Source: an uncultured virus (IMG/VR IMGVR_UViG_3300044912_000278)
Taxonomy: Duplodnaviria > Heunggongvirae > Uroviricota > Caudoviricetes
IMG/VR virus record: IMGVR_UViG_3300044912_000278
DNA length: 20,000 nt
Direction: 5' to 3' (one strand)
Both the position numbers and the translations under genes were made by a program. Numbering within the stretch: the stretch's first letter is position 1; each line of letters opens with the position of its first letter. The notes under the pieces are model-generated. The model was not told where the DNA came from and searched no databases. It saw only the letters and a program-made list of their open reading frames with translations. This document shows, piece by piece, positions 1 to 8,268 of the stretch.

Positions 1-312
1 TAATTGACCGTTAACATTATAATCGCATGCAATGTTAAACACTTTAGGTTTACGACCATCACGTCTTGACATGTGATCAAATACATTATGTAGGATCTCA
101 TGCCCAATAACAAATTCAATTTGTTTTATTGATAGTGGCTCAAAAAAATCACGATTATAAAAGATATGACGACCATCTGTTGCTGCAGTTGGACACCAAT
201 CTGATCCATCTACAATTTTTAAACGAGTAGCCATATTTCCAAAAAATGGGTGGCGTAACAACAAACCTACGCGAGCTACGATAATTTTATCAACAATTGA
301 ATCTAAAGACAT
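1..312 (-). CDS. HEXXH metallopeptidase-like protein (DUF2201-type, usually with C-terminal VWA domain); runs off the window edge
   Basis: Not in the ORF track; translated by hand: MSLDSIVDKIIVARVGLLLRHPFFGNMATRLKIVDGSDWCPTAATDGRHIFYNRDFF...GHEILHNVFDHMSRR...FNIACDYNVN. PFFG, TAATDG, HEILH and NIACDYxVN motifs; SD TAAGGAG upstream; follows a MoxR-type ATPase. Confidence 0.85.
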   Translation of the reverse strand, partial: MSLDSIVDKIIVARVGLLLRHPFFGNMATRLKIVDGSDWCPTAATDGRHIFYNRDFFEPLSIKQIEFVIGHEILHNVFDHMSRRDGRKPKVFNIACDYNVNGQL

Positions 313-343
313 GAATTACTCCTTATAGTTATATAGTGCGTAA

Positions 344-372
344 AGTATAACACCGCCTTGCGGCGGTGTCAA
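344..372 (-). promoter_or_regulatory. sigma70-type promoter TTGACA-N17-TATACT
   Basis: tgtcaa at 367-372 and agtata at 344-349 on the + strand, 17 bp spacer, upstream of the HEXXH gene. Confidence 0.7.
350..369 (-). terminator. GC-rich hairpin ACACCGCC-GCAA-GGCGGTGT (possible terminator or stabilising stem) overlapping the promoter spacer
   Basis: Perfect 8 bp stem with GNRA tetraloop just after the ATPase stop; followed only by an imperfect U tract (TATACTTT). Confidence 0.5.
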
Positions 373-385
373 CTGTTTTTTAATA

Positions 386-1474
386 TTATTGACCGCTAGC
401 GGCAGTAATATATTTGCCATATTTACCGTGGAACTCATCAAAACAACTAATTTCTTCTGGATCAAGCGGTAATTTGTATGAGCATAATGCAAGTTTAGTA
501 CCCATAATTGCAATTTCTGTTTCGAAATTGTTCATCATAAATAAGAAATAATTATTAACTTGCTCGTTCCAATTAGGCACCTTTTTTCTAGCAGATTCTT
601 TTAATTCGTAACATAAACTAATTGTTAACGAGTACATTGCTGAAATCTCTTTTGTTTCACAAGTAGTTACTTTACCATTTAATACTGCAGTCGGATTAGG
701 TAGTTTACTTGAAAACTGTCTGTGAGCCATAAATTTAATAGCTAAGCCTTCACCAATTGAACCAGCAACTAAATCTGATAATGTATCTGCGTCAGTATCG
801 TTATCGTTAATTAACTCACTTACAAAGCTCCATGATCTAGGTGTAGCAAATGCACGTGAACTTGATTTAGAATCAAAAGTATAAAGATCGCTTTTGCATG
901 AAGTTAAAAATCCAATTACATCTGGATGAACTGCATTGTCAGTTGCCCAATCAAAGTAATCATCCCAATCAACTGCCATTTCTAAGTGAATAAATCTATT
1001 AGCTAATGGCGCAGGCATACGATATGTAACACCTTTGTCTGTTTCTCTGTTACCAGCAGCAACAATAACAACGTTATCAGGTAACTCGTATTGTCCTACA
1101 CGACGATTTAAAATAAGCTGATAAGCAGCAGCCTGTACACTCGGAGCAGCAGAATTCATCTCATCTAAAAACAAAATAACAGTTTTAAATTGTGATGCAA
1201 ACGCATTGCTTGGTAATTCTGACGGTGGAGCCCATACCATTGTTTGGTCTACTGAATCAAAGTACGGAATACCTTTAATATCAGTTGGTTCCCATAAACT
1301 TAATCGAACATCGATAACATGTGCATCTAATTCACTACCTAGCTGTTTAATAATATCTGATTTACCAATGCCTGGAGGTCCCCATAAAAAGATTGGACGT
1401 TTGCTGCTGAATGCTTTGCGTAAAGATTTTTTAGCTGATTTTGGTCCAACTGTACGTGATACGATGTTGCTCAT
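386..1474 (-). CDS. MoxR-type AAA+ ATPase
   Basis: Walker A GPPGIGKS, Walker B LFLDEMN, AAGNR sensor-1, PLANRF Arg finger, ATPRSW; SD GAGGT. Confidence 0.9.
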   Translation of the reverse strand: MSNIVSRTVGPKSAKKSLRKAFSSKRPIFLWGPPGIGKSDIIKQLGSELDAHVIDVRLSLWEPTDIKGIPYFDSVDQTMVWAPPSELPSNAFASQFKTVILFLDEMNSAAPSVQAAAYQLILNRRVGQYELPDNVVIVAAGNRETDKGVTYRMPAPLANRFIHLEMAVDWDDYFDWATDNAVHPDVIGFLTSCKSDLYTFDSKSSSRAFATPRSWSFVSELINDNDTDADTLSDLVAGSIGEGLAIKFMAHRQFSSKLPNPTAVLNGKVTTCETKEISAMYSLTISLCYELKESARKKVPNWNEQVNNYFLFMMNNFETEIAIMGTKLALCSYKLPLDPEEISCFDEFHGKYGKYITAASGQ

Positions 1475-1559
1475 AAATTAATACCTCATAGGTTATATAA
1501 AAAAGAAAAGTTAATAACTTGTGTAGCTAATGTTGTGTTGCTAACAAACTATGTAGCAT

Positions 1560-1587
1560 ATTATACAGCTTTTTTTGTAAGTGTCAA
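1560..1587 (-). promoter_or_regulatory. sigma70-type promoter TTGACA-N16-TATAAT
   Basis: tgtcaa 1582-1587 and attata 1560-1565 in the intergenic gap upstream of the ATPase. Confidence 0.75.
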
Positions 1588-1594
1588 GTATTTT

Positions 1595-1984
1595 TTATAA
1601 GTTATCTTGCCGTGCTTTCATTGCTTTAACAAGTCCGTATCTGCGAATATCGTCTGAGAAGAAATATAGTTCAACGCATTTTCGTTCGTCAAATACGGTT
1701 ATGCTTTTATATGTAAGATAATACGGGCAATCAAGATATCGTTCTAAAAATATAATTGTTTGCGGGCTTATTTCAATAGTATCAGTAAACGGGACTTCAT
1801 ATGATTTTAATTCTAACGTAGACGTTAAAAACTCAAAGCCACACTCACTTAACCGATATGCAGTTTGTTTACCAACACGAGATGATTGCCACCATTTACG
1901 TGAAAATAATAATACGTTAGTGTCATCCGAACTTTTACCCCATTGATCTAAAAATATTTTTGTTAATGTATCTCTAGGAATCAT
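1595..1984 (-). CDS. hypothetical phage protein (129 aa)
   Basis: ORF track; ATGA overlap with upstream gene; fits operon tiling. Confidence 0.8.
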   Translation of the reverse strand: MIPRDTLTKIFLDQWGKSSDDTNVLLFSRKWWQSSRVGKQTAYRLSECGFEFLTSTLELKSYEVPFTDTIEISPQTIIFLERYLDCPYYLTYKSITVFDERKCVELYFFSDDIRRYGLVKAMKARQDNL

Positions 1985-2256
1985 CGCACAGTAACTCCGT
2001 TAGTTAGCTTTACAACAGTGAAGTCACTGCAATTAAATTCACTATTTAGCTTAGTAGCTAAGTTGTGTGCATGTCCTGGATTCGAAAATGAAGATTTTTT
2101 ATATTTAGATCCAACTGGTAAGGTGGTGCTTTTTAAATTAAATGGTTCATCTTTATAAACAACTGCCCAAATTGCGTCGGCTTCTAAAATTTGATCTAAT
2201 TGTCCGGTATTTGGATCATAATGTTCTACTAATACACGCGGTTTTGGTCTTGCCAT
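1981..2256 (-). CDS. hypothetical phage protein (91 aa)
   Basis: Strong SD AGGAGG; preceded by ATAAATA box; MARPKP...KYKKSSFSNPGHAHNLA. Confidence 0.85.
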   Translation of the reverse strand: MARPKPRVLVEHYDPNTGQLDQILEADAIWAVVYKDEPFNLKSTTLPVGSKYKKSSFSNPGHAHNLATKLNSEFNCSDFTVVKLTNGVTVR

Positions 2257-2278
2257 ACGGTCCTCCTATTAACTACGT

Positions 2279-2286
2279 GTATTTAT
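2279..2286 (-). promoter_or_regulatory. T4-late-like promoter box ATAAATAC
   Basis: gtatttat on + strand in a 32 bp intergenic gap, about 23 nt upstream of the ATG at 2256; T4 late consensus is TATAAATA. Confidence 0.55.
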
Positions 2287-2288
2287 CG

Positions 2289-2537
2289 TTAATTAGTCTC
2301 GCTAAAATTTCCACCATCTAGTTGAATAGTAACAGTCTCATTAGTTGAATTAGTAGATAAAGATTCAACTAATGCAGAATAGTCTTGATTAAGCTGATCT
2401 AAAATTTCAGTTAGTGCTAAATTAAGTAGTCTAGCTTGCTGAATTGGCATTTTAACTTCTTTTTGTTGACTCAATTCGGTTGCACGTAATAGCTGTGCAA
2501 ATTGGGTAATTGGACTTAAATTAATTGAATTTTGCAT
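2289..2537 (-). CDS. hypothetical phage protein (82 aa)
   Basis: ORF track; short overlap with upstream gene; helical composition. Confidence 0.75.
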   Translation of the reverse strand: MQNSINLSPITQFAQLLRATELSQQKEVKMPIQQARLLNLALTEILDQLNQDYSALVESLSTNSTNETVTIQLDGGNFSETN

Positions 2538-3006
2538 TTGCTAACACCATTTTCATTTCTAGTTCTGATTTAAACGGACCTTTATGTGAGTTACGTTCAA
2601 TTGTAATCGCTTTAGGACAAAAACTTTTAACCCAGCCCTTTTCAAATTTAATAATGTAATATCCTGCGCAATACAAACTTTTACTTTGATCGCTTTTAGT
2701 AAATAACGGCAATTTACGACGAACATCGTAAATTGCATTGTACGGTGTACAGCTAGTAGGATATCCGTAACACTCGTTTAACGTAACGGCTGAAACTTTT
2801 ATATGATGATTAGACGTAAAAAAATTAGAACCAAATTCAGATGTAAGTTCTTCTTTTTTATTAAAACATAATTCACCAGTAGTACTACTTAATATATATT
2901 GGTCGTTTTCTTTTTTATGCAGGGTTGCAATTTTCAAACCGTCTTGTTCAACAATCCAAAATTTACCATCTACGATCGGTTTAGCATAAATCTCAAAGTC
3001 TACCAT
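2521..3006 (-). CDS. hypothetical phage protein (161 aa)
   Basis: ORF track; tiles with neighbours; PLFTKS..SKSLYCAGYY..KFEKGW..SFCPK. Confidence 0.85.
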   Translation of the reverse strand: MVDFEIYAKPIVDGKFWIVEQDGLKIATLHKKENDQYILSSTTGELCFNKKEELTSEFGSNFFTSNHHIKVSAVTLNECYGYPTSCTPYNAIYDVRRKLPLFTKSDQSKSLYCAGYYIIKFEKGWVKSFCPKAITIERNSHKGPFKSELEMKMVLANAKFN

Positions 3007-3200
3007 TGATCAACACCTGTAATTTCAACAGTTTGAGTAGTAGCAATACCATTTACTACATACGGAAATGATATTCCTAGTACATAGCCAATTCCGCTTG
3101 ATCCGTCGTAACACACATCAATCTTGTCTACTTCTGGAAATTTTTCTAATACTGCTAATATTTCAGTGAGTTCTTCTTTTGTAATTGTAATTTTTTTCAT
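3000..3200 (-). CDS. hypothetical phage protein (66 aa)
   Basis: ORF track; fills the gap between exonuclease and 161 aa gene. Confidence 0.75.
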   Translation of the reverse strand: MKKITITKEELTEILAVLEKFPEVDKIDVCYDGSSGIGYVLGISFPYVVNGIATTQTVEITGVDQW

Positions 3201-3202
3201 AG

Positions 3203-4189
3203 TTATGTTGTTGGGTAGTTTGCTTGAAACGGTTCTGCAAATGGTTGAATATTATCAATCATTCTTCGCATATCGTATGATTGACAAAACTTAATCATAC
3301 GTGAACCGACTTGTGTAATACATTTTGGTTTAGAATTAACGCTAATTGTTTCGTTAATGATTGCGCGTACATCTTCCGGTTGCTGTGTTAGGTCGATCAA
3401 CACTCGATTACGATTATAGTCATCTATCACACGATGTTCTACACCATTATGATCAGTCCATCGTTGTAATAAGAAATTATTCCACGCATATCCTTGCGTC
3501 GCACGATCTTCAAATGCTTCAGTTAATCCGATCTTCTTTTTAGTACCTTTAGTTCTAGCACCGGGATATGCTGAAAACACGTTATCACTAGTATCACCTC
3601 TTATGCATTTTTCGAATAACATCCATTCTGGATCAAATGGCATTTTATTTTCGCCTGTTTTTTTATCTTTAACGGGTTTACCTTTTGCATCAAAATATCC
3701 TTCATGCGTAATATGATGGTCTGCTACACCGTTATATTGACTAACCGTAGGGCTAATCAATTGTTGAAAGTCAGTGTCTGTACTAACAATAACATGTGTA
3801 GCATCTGGATGTGCTTGAATAAATCCTGCAATTAAATCATCTGCTTCTAATCGTGAATGTTGTAATACAGTACAGTTAGTTTTTTCAGTAATAAAGGTTG
3901 CAAAATCTCCATAGGCTTCCCAGAATAGTTTGTCATCTTCTTGTTCTTTAACAGTCATAGCAGCACGAGTTACTGCTCGGTTGCGTTTATATGGTTCGTA
4001 AAAATCTTTACGCCAACTCCGACCTTCTAAACAAAAGATTACGTGTTCACCGTTAAAATCATTCCATGCTTTTTTAACACTATTAAATGTAATGTGTAAC
4101 GCCATTCCGAGTTTTAAATCGGATGTGCCTTGAACTGAATGTCGTGCGCGATAAAACAAGTTTGATAAATCGACTAAAATAAATGCCAT
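3203..4189 (-). CDS. rnh: FEN-like 5'-3' exonuclease / T4-type RNase H
   Basis: ILVDLSNLFYR, YKRNR, LEADDLIA, IVSTDTDFQQL, GDTSDNV acidic motifs of the 5' nuclease family; SD AGAGGA. Confidence 0.9.
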   Translation of the reverse strand: MAFILVDLSNLFYRARHSVQGTSDLKLGMALHITFNSVKKAWNDFNGEHVIFCLEGRSWRKDFYEPYKRNRAVTRAAMTVKEQEDDKLFWEAYGDFATFITEKTNCTVLQHSRLEADDLIAGFIQAHPDATHVIVSTDTDFQQLISPTVSQYNGVADHHITHEGYFDAKGKPVKDKKTGENKMPFDPEWMLFEKCIRGDTSDNVFSAYPGARTKGTKKKIGLTEAFEDRATQGYAWNNFLLQRWTDHNGVEHRVIDDYNRNRVLIDLTQQPEDVRAIINETISVNSKPKCITQVGSRMIKFCQSYDMRRMIDNIQPFAEPFQANYPTT

Positions 4190-4197
4190 TGTGTCCT

Positions 4198-4359
4198 CTA
4201 TTGTTGAAAGTTAAAAGTATATTCCGGTTTGACTATAAACTTTGCTTCCCACCCGTTAACAGTAGGCCTAACATATTCTAATTTAATAGTAGGATTGTTA
4301 TATAATACATCATAATTGCCGGGTAGTTGTTTAGTTGGGCCTGGTCCAAGTGTTCTCAT
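4198..4359 (-). CDS. small hypothetical protein (53 aa), below ORF-track cutoff
   Basis: Hand translation MRTLGPGPTKQLPGNYDVLYNNPTIKLEYVRPTVNGWEAKFIVKPEYTFNFQQ; fills the gap exactly; weak SD AGGT. Confidence 0.6.
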   Translation of the reverse strand: MRTLGPGPTKQLPGNYDVLYNNPTIKLEYVRPTVNGWEAKFIVKPEYTFNFQQ

Positions 4360-4367
4360 GTTGTTAC

Positions 4368-4805
4368 CTATTGTGTTTTATTAATTTTAAGAAATCCAAA
4401 ATCTTGATCAGATACGTCAATTCCTTCGGCTGCAGCAGCATTGTAACAGATATCTCTATACCAACGACCTACAATTTCATCTTCGGGATCACCTTCGTAA
4501 CCGTATCCATCTTGTTTTAATTTTTCAACCCAAAACTCATTCCAGTCAAGTTCAAAAAAACCATTTCTAACATTTTGTTTATTAACCTTAAATCCGATCA
4601 CATCGACCCACGGTTCTTTCTTTAATGTAGCAATTTCTTTTGGAGTAAGAGGCGTTTGAACAACTTCTTCTTTAACTTTAGGTTGTCTTACTTTACGTTT
4701 TTTAATAGCTTGTTGTTTAGATAATTGTGCTTCTTTTAATTGCTGTTGCAATGCCAACTCATCATTACGATCACCGAATAATTTTTTTATAATTTTTTCA
4801 AACAT
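4368..4805 (-). CDS. hypothetical phage protein (about 145 aa)
   Basis: Start revised to ATG at 4805 (TAATG overlap with queE stop); EPWVDV...GFFELDWN...IVGRWY. Confidence 0.8.
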   Translation of the reverse strand: MFEKIIKKLFGDRNDELALQQQLKEAQLSKQQAIKKRKVRQPKVKEEVVQTPLTPKEIATLKKEPWVDVIGFKVNKQNVRNGFFELDWNEFWVEKLKQDGYGYEGDPEDEIVGRWYRDICYNAAAAEGIDVSDQDFGFLKINKTQ

Positions 4806-5644
4806 TATGTTCCCCAACCGTTGCCAAATAGTGGAAGATGTAGCCTATCACTATATCGCAATCCATATTTTAATGCAAGTTCTGCTACTGCTTTGTTGTT
4901 TAAATGATAAACATCTTCAACACCGCCAACTGGCATTAAATAAACATCACCTCTAAAACCAGCTGCTCTATACCATTCTAATGCTTCTAGAGCTTCAATA
5001 ACATCTTCTTTAGTTGCAACTACAAATTTTAAAAATGAACCATAACTTGATAGTTGGTACTCAGTTACAATTTCAGGACAAATTGCCTTATCTTTTAGTT
5101 CTCCGCTTACACTTAGCTTAGGACTAATTGAAAATGTTACTTGATATCGTCTTTTTCCAAATATGTAATCTTCTAATTCTTCTGATAATACTTGTGTGCC
5201 GTTAGTTTCAAACGTAATGTTTTTTAAGTCTTCTAACTTTGGATGATTTAACAATTCTGGATATATCTTTTGCCATCCAGGTAACAATGGTTCACCTCCT
5301 GTAATTACTAAGTGTACATTACCCCATCTTTTATTAGGTAGCAGATTAATCATTTTATCTGCAATTTCATCGATAGTCATTATAGGACTTAACTGTTTAA
5401 ATTTTGGATGCCAGCTTGCATAACTGTCACACCCGGTAGTTACTAATGGTAGTTCATCATATGAATGATATTGTATACCATTATTAGCAATTGCATCTGC
5501 TTGTACACTTAGTTCACCTTTAGGCATACCAAACCCTCTACAAGAAAAATTGCACCCAAACGTTCTAAGGAACACACTTGGCACTCCCATAAATCTACCC
5601 TCACCTTGTAATGAGTAAAATATTTCTGATACTTTAAGTGTCAT
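4805..5644 (-). CDS. queE: 7-carboxy-7-deazaguanine synthase (radical SAM)
   Basis: VSEIFYSLQGEG, VFLRTFGCNFSC...GCDS, VITGGEPLL, FETNGT, SISPKL, KFVV, YLMP, RLH motifs; clustered with folE. Confidence 0.92.
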   Translation of the reverse strand: MTLKVSEIFYSLQGEGRFMGVPSVFLRTFGCNFSCRGFGMPKGELSVQADAIANNGIQYHSYDELPLVTTGCDSYASWHPKFKQLSPIMTIDEIADKMINLLPNKRWGNVHLVITGGEPLLPGWQKIYPELLNHPKLEDLKNITFETNGTQVLSEELEDYIFGKRRYQVTFSISPKLSVSGELKDKAICPEIVTEYQLSSYGSFLKFVVATKEDVIEALEALEWYRAAGFRGDVYLMPVGGVEDVYHLNNKAVAELALKYGLRYSDRLHLPLFGNGWGT

Positions 5645-6084
5645 TTGTTATCCTGTGTTAATTGTTTACGAAACTCGTAGCAATCTTTAACTGCAGACGT
5701 TAATGCGTCTGCATAATTTAATGTTTGTTGTTCAGACATTATAGTCGATTGTTGATATTTAAGATAACCATCAAACCACAAATTCCATGTAATTTTACAA
5801 CGATGATGAAATCCATTAAGAAAACTTAATGTAGTATATGCAACCGTACTTAAAAATACATTTTTGATTTTATAAGTTTCTGCAACATCGAATGGTCTAT
5901 CCCAATATGCAGTTTTTTGTGTAGTAAAGGTAGTTACTGTAACATTAAATTCATCAGCTTCTACCATAAACTCGATATCATCATCTTCGTTACCGCATTT
6001 GCATTTAATTGCATACATTTTACTATCACCCCAGTCATTTGTTTGCATAATGCCTACTGCTGGAATTTGTGGTGTTAATTTCAT
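5641..6084 (-). CDS. hypothetical protein (147 aa) between folE and queE
   Basis: ORF track; SD AGGAGA; ATGA coupling to queE; CKCG motif. Confidence 0.8.
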   Translation of the reverse strand: MKLTPQIPAVGIMQTNDWGDSKMYAIKCKCGNEDDDIEFMVEADEFNVTVTTFTTQKTAYWDRPFDVAETYKIKNVFLSTVAYTTLSFLNGFHHRCKITWNLWFDGYLKYQQSTIMSEQQTLNYADALTSAVKDCYEFRKQLTQDNK

Positions 6085-6092
6085 AAATCTCC

Positions 6093-6764
6093 TTATTTGT
6101 TTACAATACTCATAAATTCTGCACGAGTAGTTGGATCGTTTTTAAATGCACCACCTAACTTACTAGTAATAGTAGTGCTACCTGTGTCTTCTACACCTCT
6201 TGCGGCAACACAATAATGTTTTGCATCGATAACTACTGCAATATTATCAGTATCTAAGATGTATTCTAATGCGTGGAATACTTGTTCTGTTAATCTTTCT
6301 TGTACTTGTGGACGTTTTGAAAAGTATTCAACTACGCGGTTAATTTTGCTTAGACCAAGTACAACGTCGTTTGGAATATAACCAACTGTTGCAAATCCAT
6401 CAATTACTACAAAATGATGTTCGCAATTACTTTGCACGTTAATGTTGCGTTCAATTAACATTTCATTGTACCCCATTTTATTTTGTATAGTAGTACACTT
6501 TGGAAATGCGTCATAATCAAGGCCCCAAAATATTTCGTTAACGAACATTTTTGCAACTCGTTTAGGAGTGTCTGCTAAACTGTCATCTAATAAGTCTAAC
6601 CCTAATGTTACCATAATATCATAAAACTTATCCTGAATGATATTAATTTTTTCTGATGTTGTTAATATTTTTTCAGTCACTGGTGTTTCAACACCTAAAC
6701 TTACTAAATGATTGTGTATTGCTAAACCTAATGCTGGATCTGTTTTTAATTTATTAAAGCTCAT
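6093..6764 (-). CDS. folE: GTP cyclohydrolase I
   Basis: DTPKRVAKM, SNCEHHF, GLSKINR, RPQVQERLT, HYCVAARGV. Confidence 0.97.
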   Translation of the reverse strand: MSFNKLKTDPALGLAIHNHLVSLGVETPVTEKILTTSEKINIIQDKFYDIMVTLGLDLLDDSLADTPKRVAKMFVNEIFWGLDYDAFPKCTTIQNKMGYNEMLIERNINVQSNCEHHFVVIDGFATVGYIPNDVVLGLSKINRVVEYFSKRPQVQERLTEQVFHALEYILDTDNIAVVIDAKHYCVAARGVEDTGSTTITSKLGGAFKNDPTTRAEFMSIVNK

Positions 6765-6790
6765 TTTTAATTCCTTGTTTGTAAGTGTAC

Positions 6791-6819
6791 ATTATACAGT
6801 AGTATTTAGGTTTTGTCAA
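6791..6819 (-). promoter_or_regulatory. sigma70 consensus promoter TTGACA-N17-TATAAT with an embedded CTAAATA late-like box
   Basis: tgtcaa 6814-6819, attata 6791-6796, tatttag 6803-6809; directly upstream of folE. Confidence 0.8.
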
Positions 6820-6973
6820 TTGTTTTAAACATTGCTAATTCATCTTGTAAGTATTCTACGTAATCTTGAAGTCCGGACAACATACGAGGATCACCGGTAC
6901 CGGCATGTTTGTCAATATCATTTTTTACATTTTTAATTTTTTCTTGTAGTTCTTCTTTAGTTAAATCTGTCAT
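6806..6973 (-). CDS. small coiled-coil-like hypothetical protein (55 aa), below ORF-track cutoff
   Basis: Hand translation MTDLTKEELQEKIKNVKNDIDKHAGTGDPRMLSGLQDYVEYLQDELAMFKTIDKT; strong SD GGAGG. Confidence 0.75.
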   Translation of the reverse strand: MTDLTKEELQEKIKNVKNDIDKHAGTGDPRMLSGLQDYVEYLQDELAMFKTIDKT

Positions 6974-7289
6974 TGTTTCCCTCCGATCTTGCTATTTCTA
7001 AAAACATTTTATATTTTTCATATGCTGCGTTAACAGTTGGATTAGAATCTCTAACATACATATCTTCATAATGTTTTTTATTCCATTCTTCACATTTTTC
7101 AGCTTTGTCGATCAACTTTATAAAATCTTTCTCGTTTAATTTAACAGTTAAAGACCTCGTAACGTTTGCTCGTTCGCTTGGAATTGATGCCTTTGACCAA
7201 TCTATCGAATAAGTGTTATCTGCAGAATAATATTGTTCAATGTCTATGCTTCGTATACCGTATTTCTGTGTTATTTCGGATAGTTCCAT
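6957..7289 (-). CDS. hypothetical phage protein (about 110 aa)
   Basis: Start revised to ATG at 7289 (TAATG overlap with the PRTase stop); C-terminal NPTVNAAYEKYK. Confidence 0.75.
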   Translation of the reverse strand: MELSEITQKYGIRSIDIEQYYSADNTYSIDWSKASIPSERANVTRSLTVKLNEKDFIKLIDKAEKCEEWNKKHYEDMYVRDSNPTVNAAYEKYKMFLEIARSEGNNDRFN

Positions 7290-7819
7290 TACTTTTTCCA
7301 GTAGTTTTCCCAAGGAAAGTCAATCCATATAGGATCTTCTCGTTTGTCAAATTCTTCTGCGCAATAATCAACATGCGCGTTACTTGCAGCATTATCAAAT
7401 ATTACAGCAAATCTTACATTCCTGTGCCACACATCATGATCCCATCGTATATCATTTGGTAAACACAATGATTTCCAATCTTCTTTAATCCAATCAAGTG
7501 TTGCACCTGAGTCATTAATATCATCAACAATTAGAATGTTTTTAGCTAGACCAACACTTGCTAATTCATCATCAGTGACTCCAAATGCATCACACGCCAT
7601 CCATGCATTGTGTTCATTATCATCCGGATGATCACGTAAGCTAACGTGTAATGTTAACATTTTAACACCTAGGTATTGGCTTAGTAAGTTCGCGGGGATA
7701 AGTCCCCCGCGTGTAATGCCTACAATATAATCTGGTTTCCACTCGTCTTTTTGTATTTGACGTGCAATTTCCAATGCTGCACCTTCTAATTGTTTCCAAC
7801 TGTATTTTACTACTTTCAT
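7289..7819 (-). CDS. type I purine phosphoribosyltransferase (Gpt/Hpt-like)
   Basis: IVGITRGGLIPA loop, PRPP-binding ILIVDDINDSGATL, C-terminal WIDFPWE. Confidence 0.9.
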   Translation of the reverse strand: MKVVKYSWKQLEGAALEIARQIQKDEWKPDYIVGITRGGLIPANLLSQYLGVKMLTLHVSLRDHPDDNEHNAWMACDAFGVTDDELASVGLAKNILIVDDINDSGATLDWIKEDWKSLCLPNDIRWDHDVWHRNVRFAVIFDNAASNAHVDYCAEEFDKREDPIWIDFPWENYWKK

Positions 7820-8268
7820 TCGTCGTCCTTTGGAAGTATGCTGTCTTCGTAACAGATTGTGTAAATTGATTTTAAATTCTCATATGCTTTGTCTAGGCCA
7901 GGGTAATCATTGCATAGTTTTCTGAATGCATTCCATTCAGGAAAGTTATCTTCAAATGGTTTACCATATGCAGCCCAACTAGAAGTAGACCAAGTATTTC
8001 CTCCTATTCCGTTATATGCGTAATAGTTACTTGTTAAATTAGTAGAATTAAATCCGGTTATAGTATTATGGCCATACATGCCATTACTTCCAGTGATAGT
8101 AATTGTATCACTCGCTGCTGTTCCACACATAACATTTGACGCTGTATATGCTGATAATGTACTGGCATCAAACGCAGGTATACTGTAACGTGTTGGATCC
8201 CCATCCATAGTAAATGTAATAGTATCAGATCCGGTTGATGTAGTAATAGTATCATTTAAAGTTGTCAT
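7816..8268 (-). CDS. hypothetical protein, Thr/Ser-rich N-terminus (start 8268 or 8283)
   Basis: ORF track; low-complexity N-terminus then YPGLDKAYENLK helix; ATGA coupling to PRTase. Confidence 0.75.
   Translation of the reverse strand: MTTLNDTITTSTGSDTITFTMDGDPTRYSIPAFDASTLSAYTASNVMCGTAASDTITITGSNGMYGHNTITGFNSTNLTSNYYAYNGIGGNTWSTSSWAAYGKPFEDNFPEWNAFRKLCNDYPGLDKAYENLKSIYTICYEDSILPKDDE

Noticed and set aside
6765..6800. preQ1 riboswitch upstream of folE/queE
   Set aside because: The predicted 5' UTR is only about 20 nt with no stem or pseudoknot; the tandem element at 16338-16387 does not match the preQ1 consensus either.
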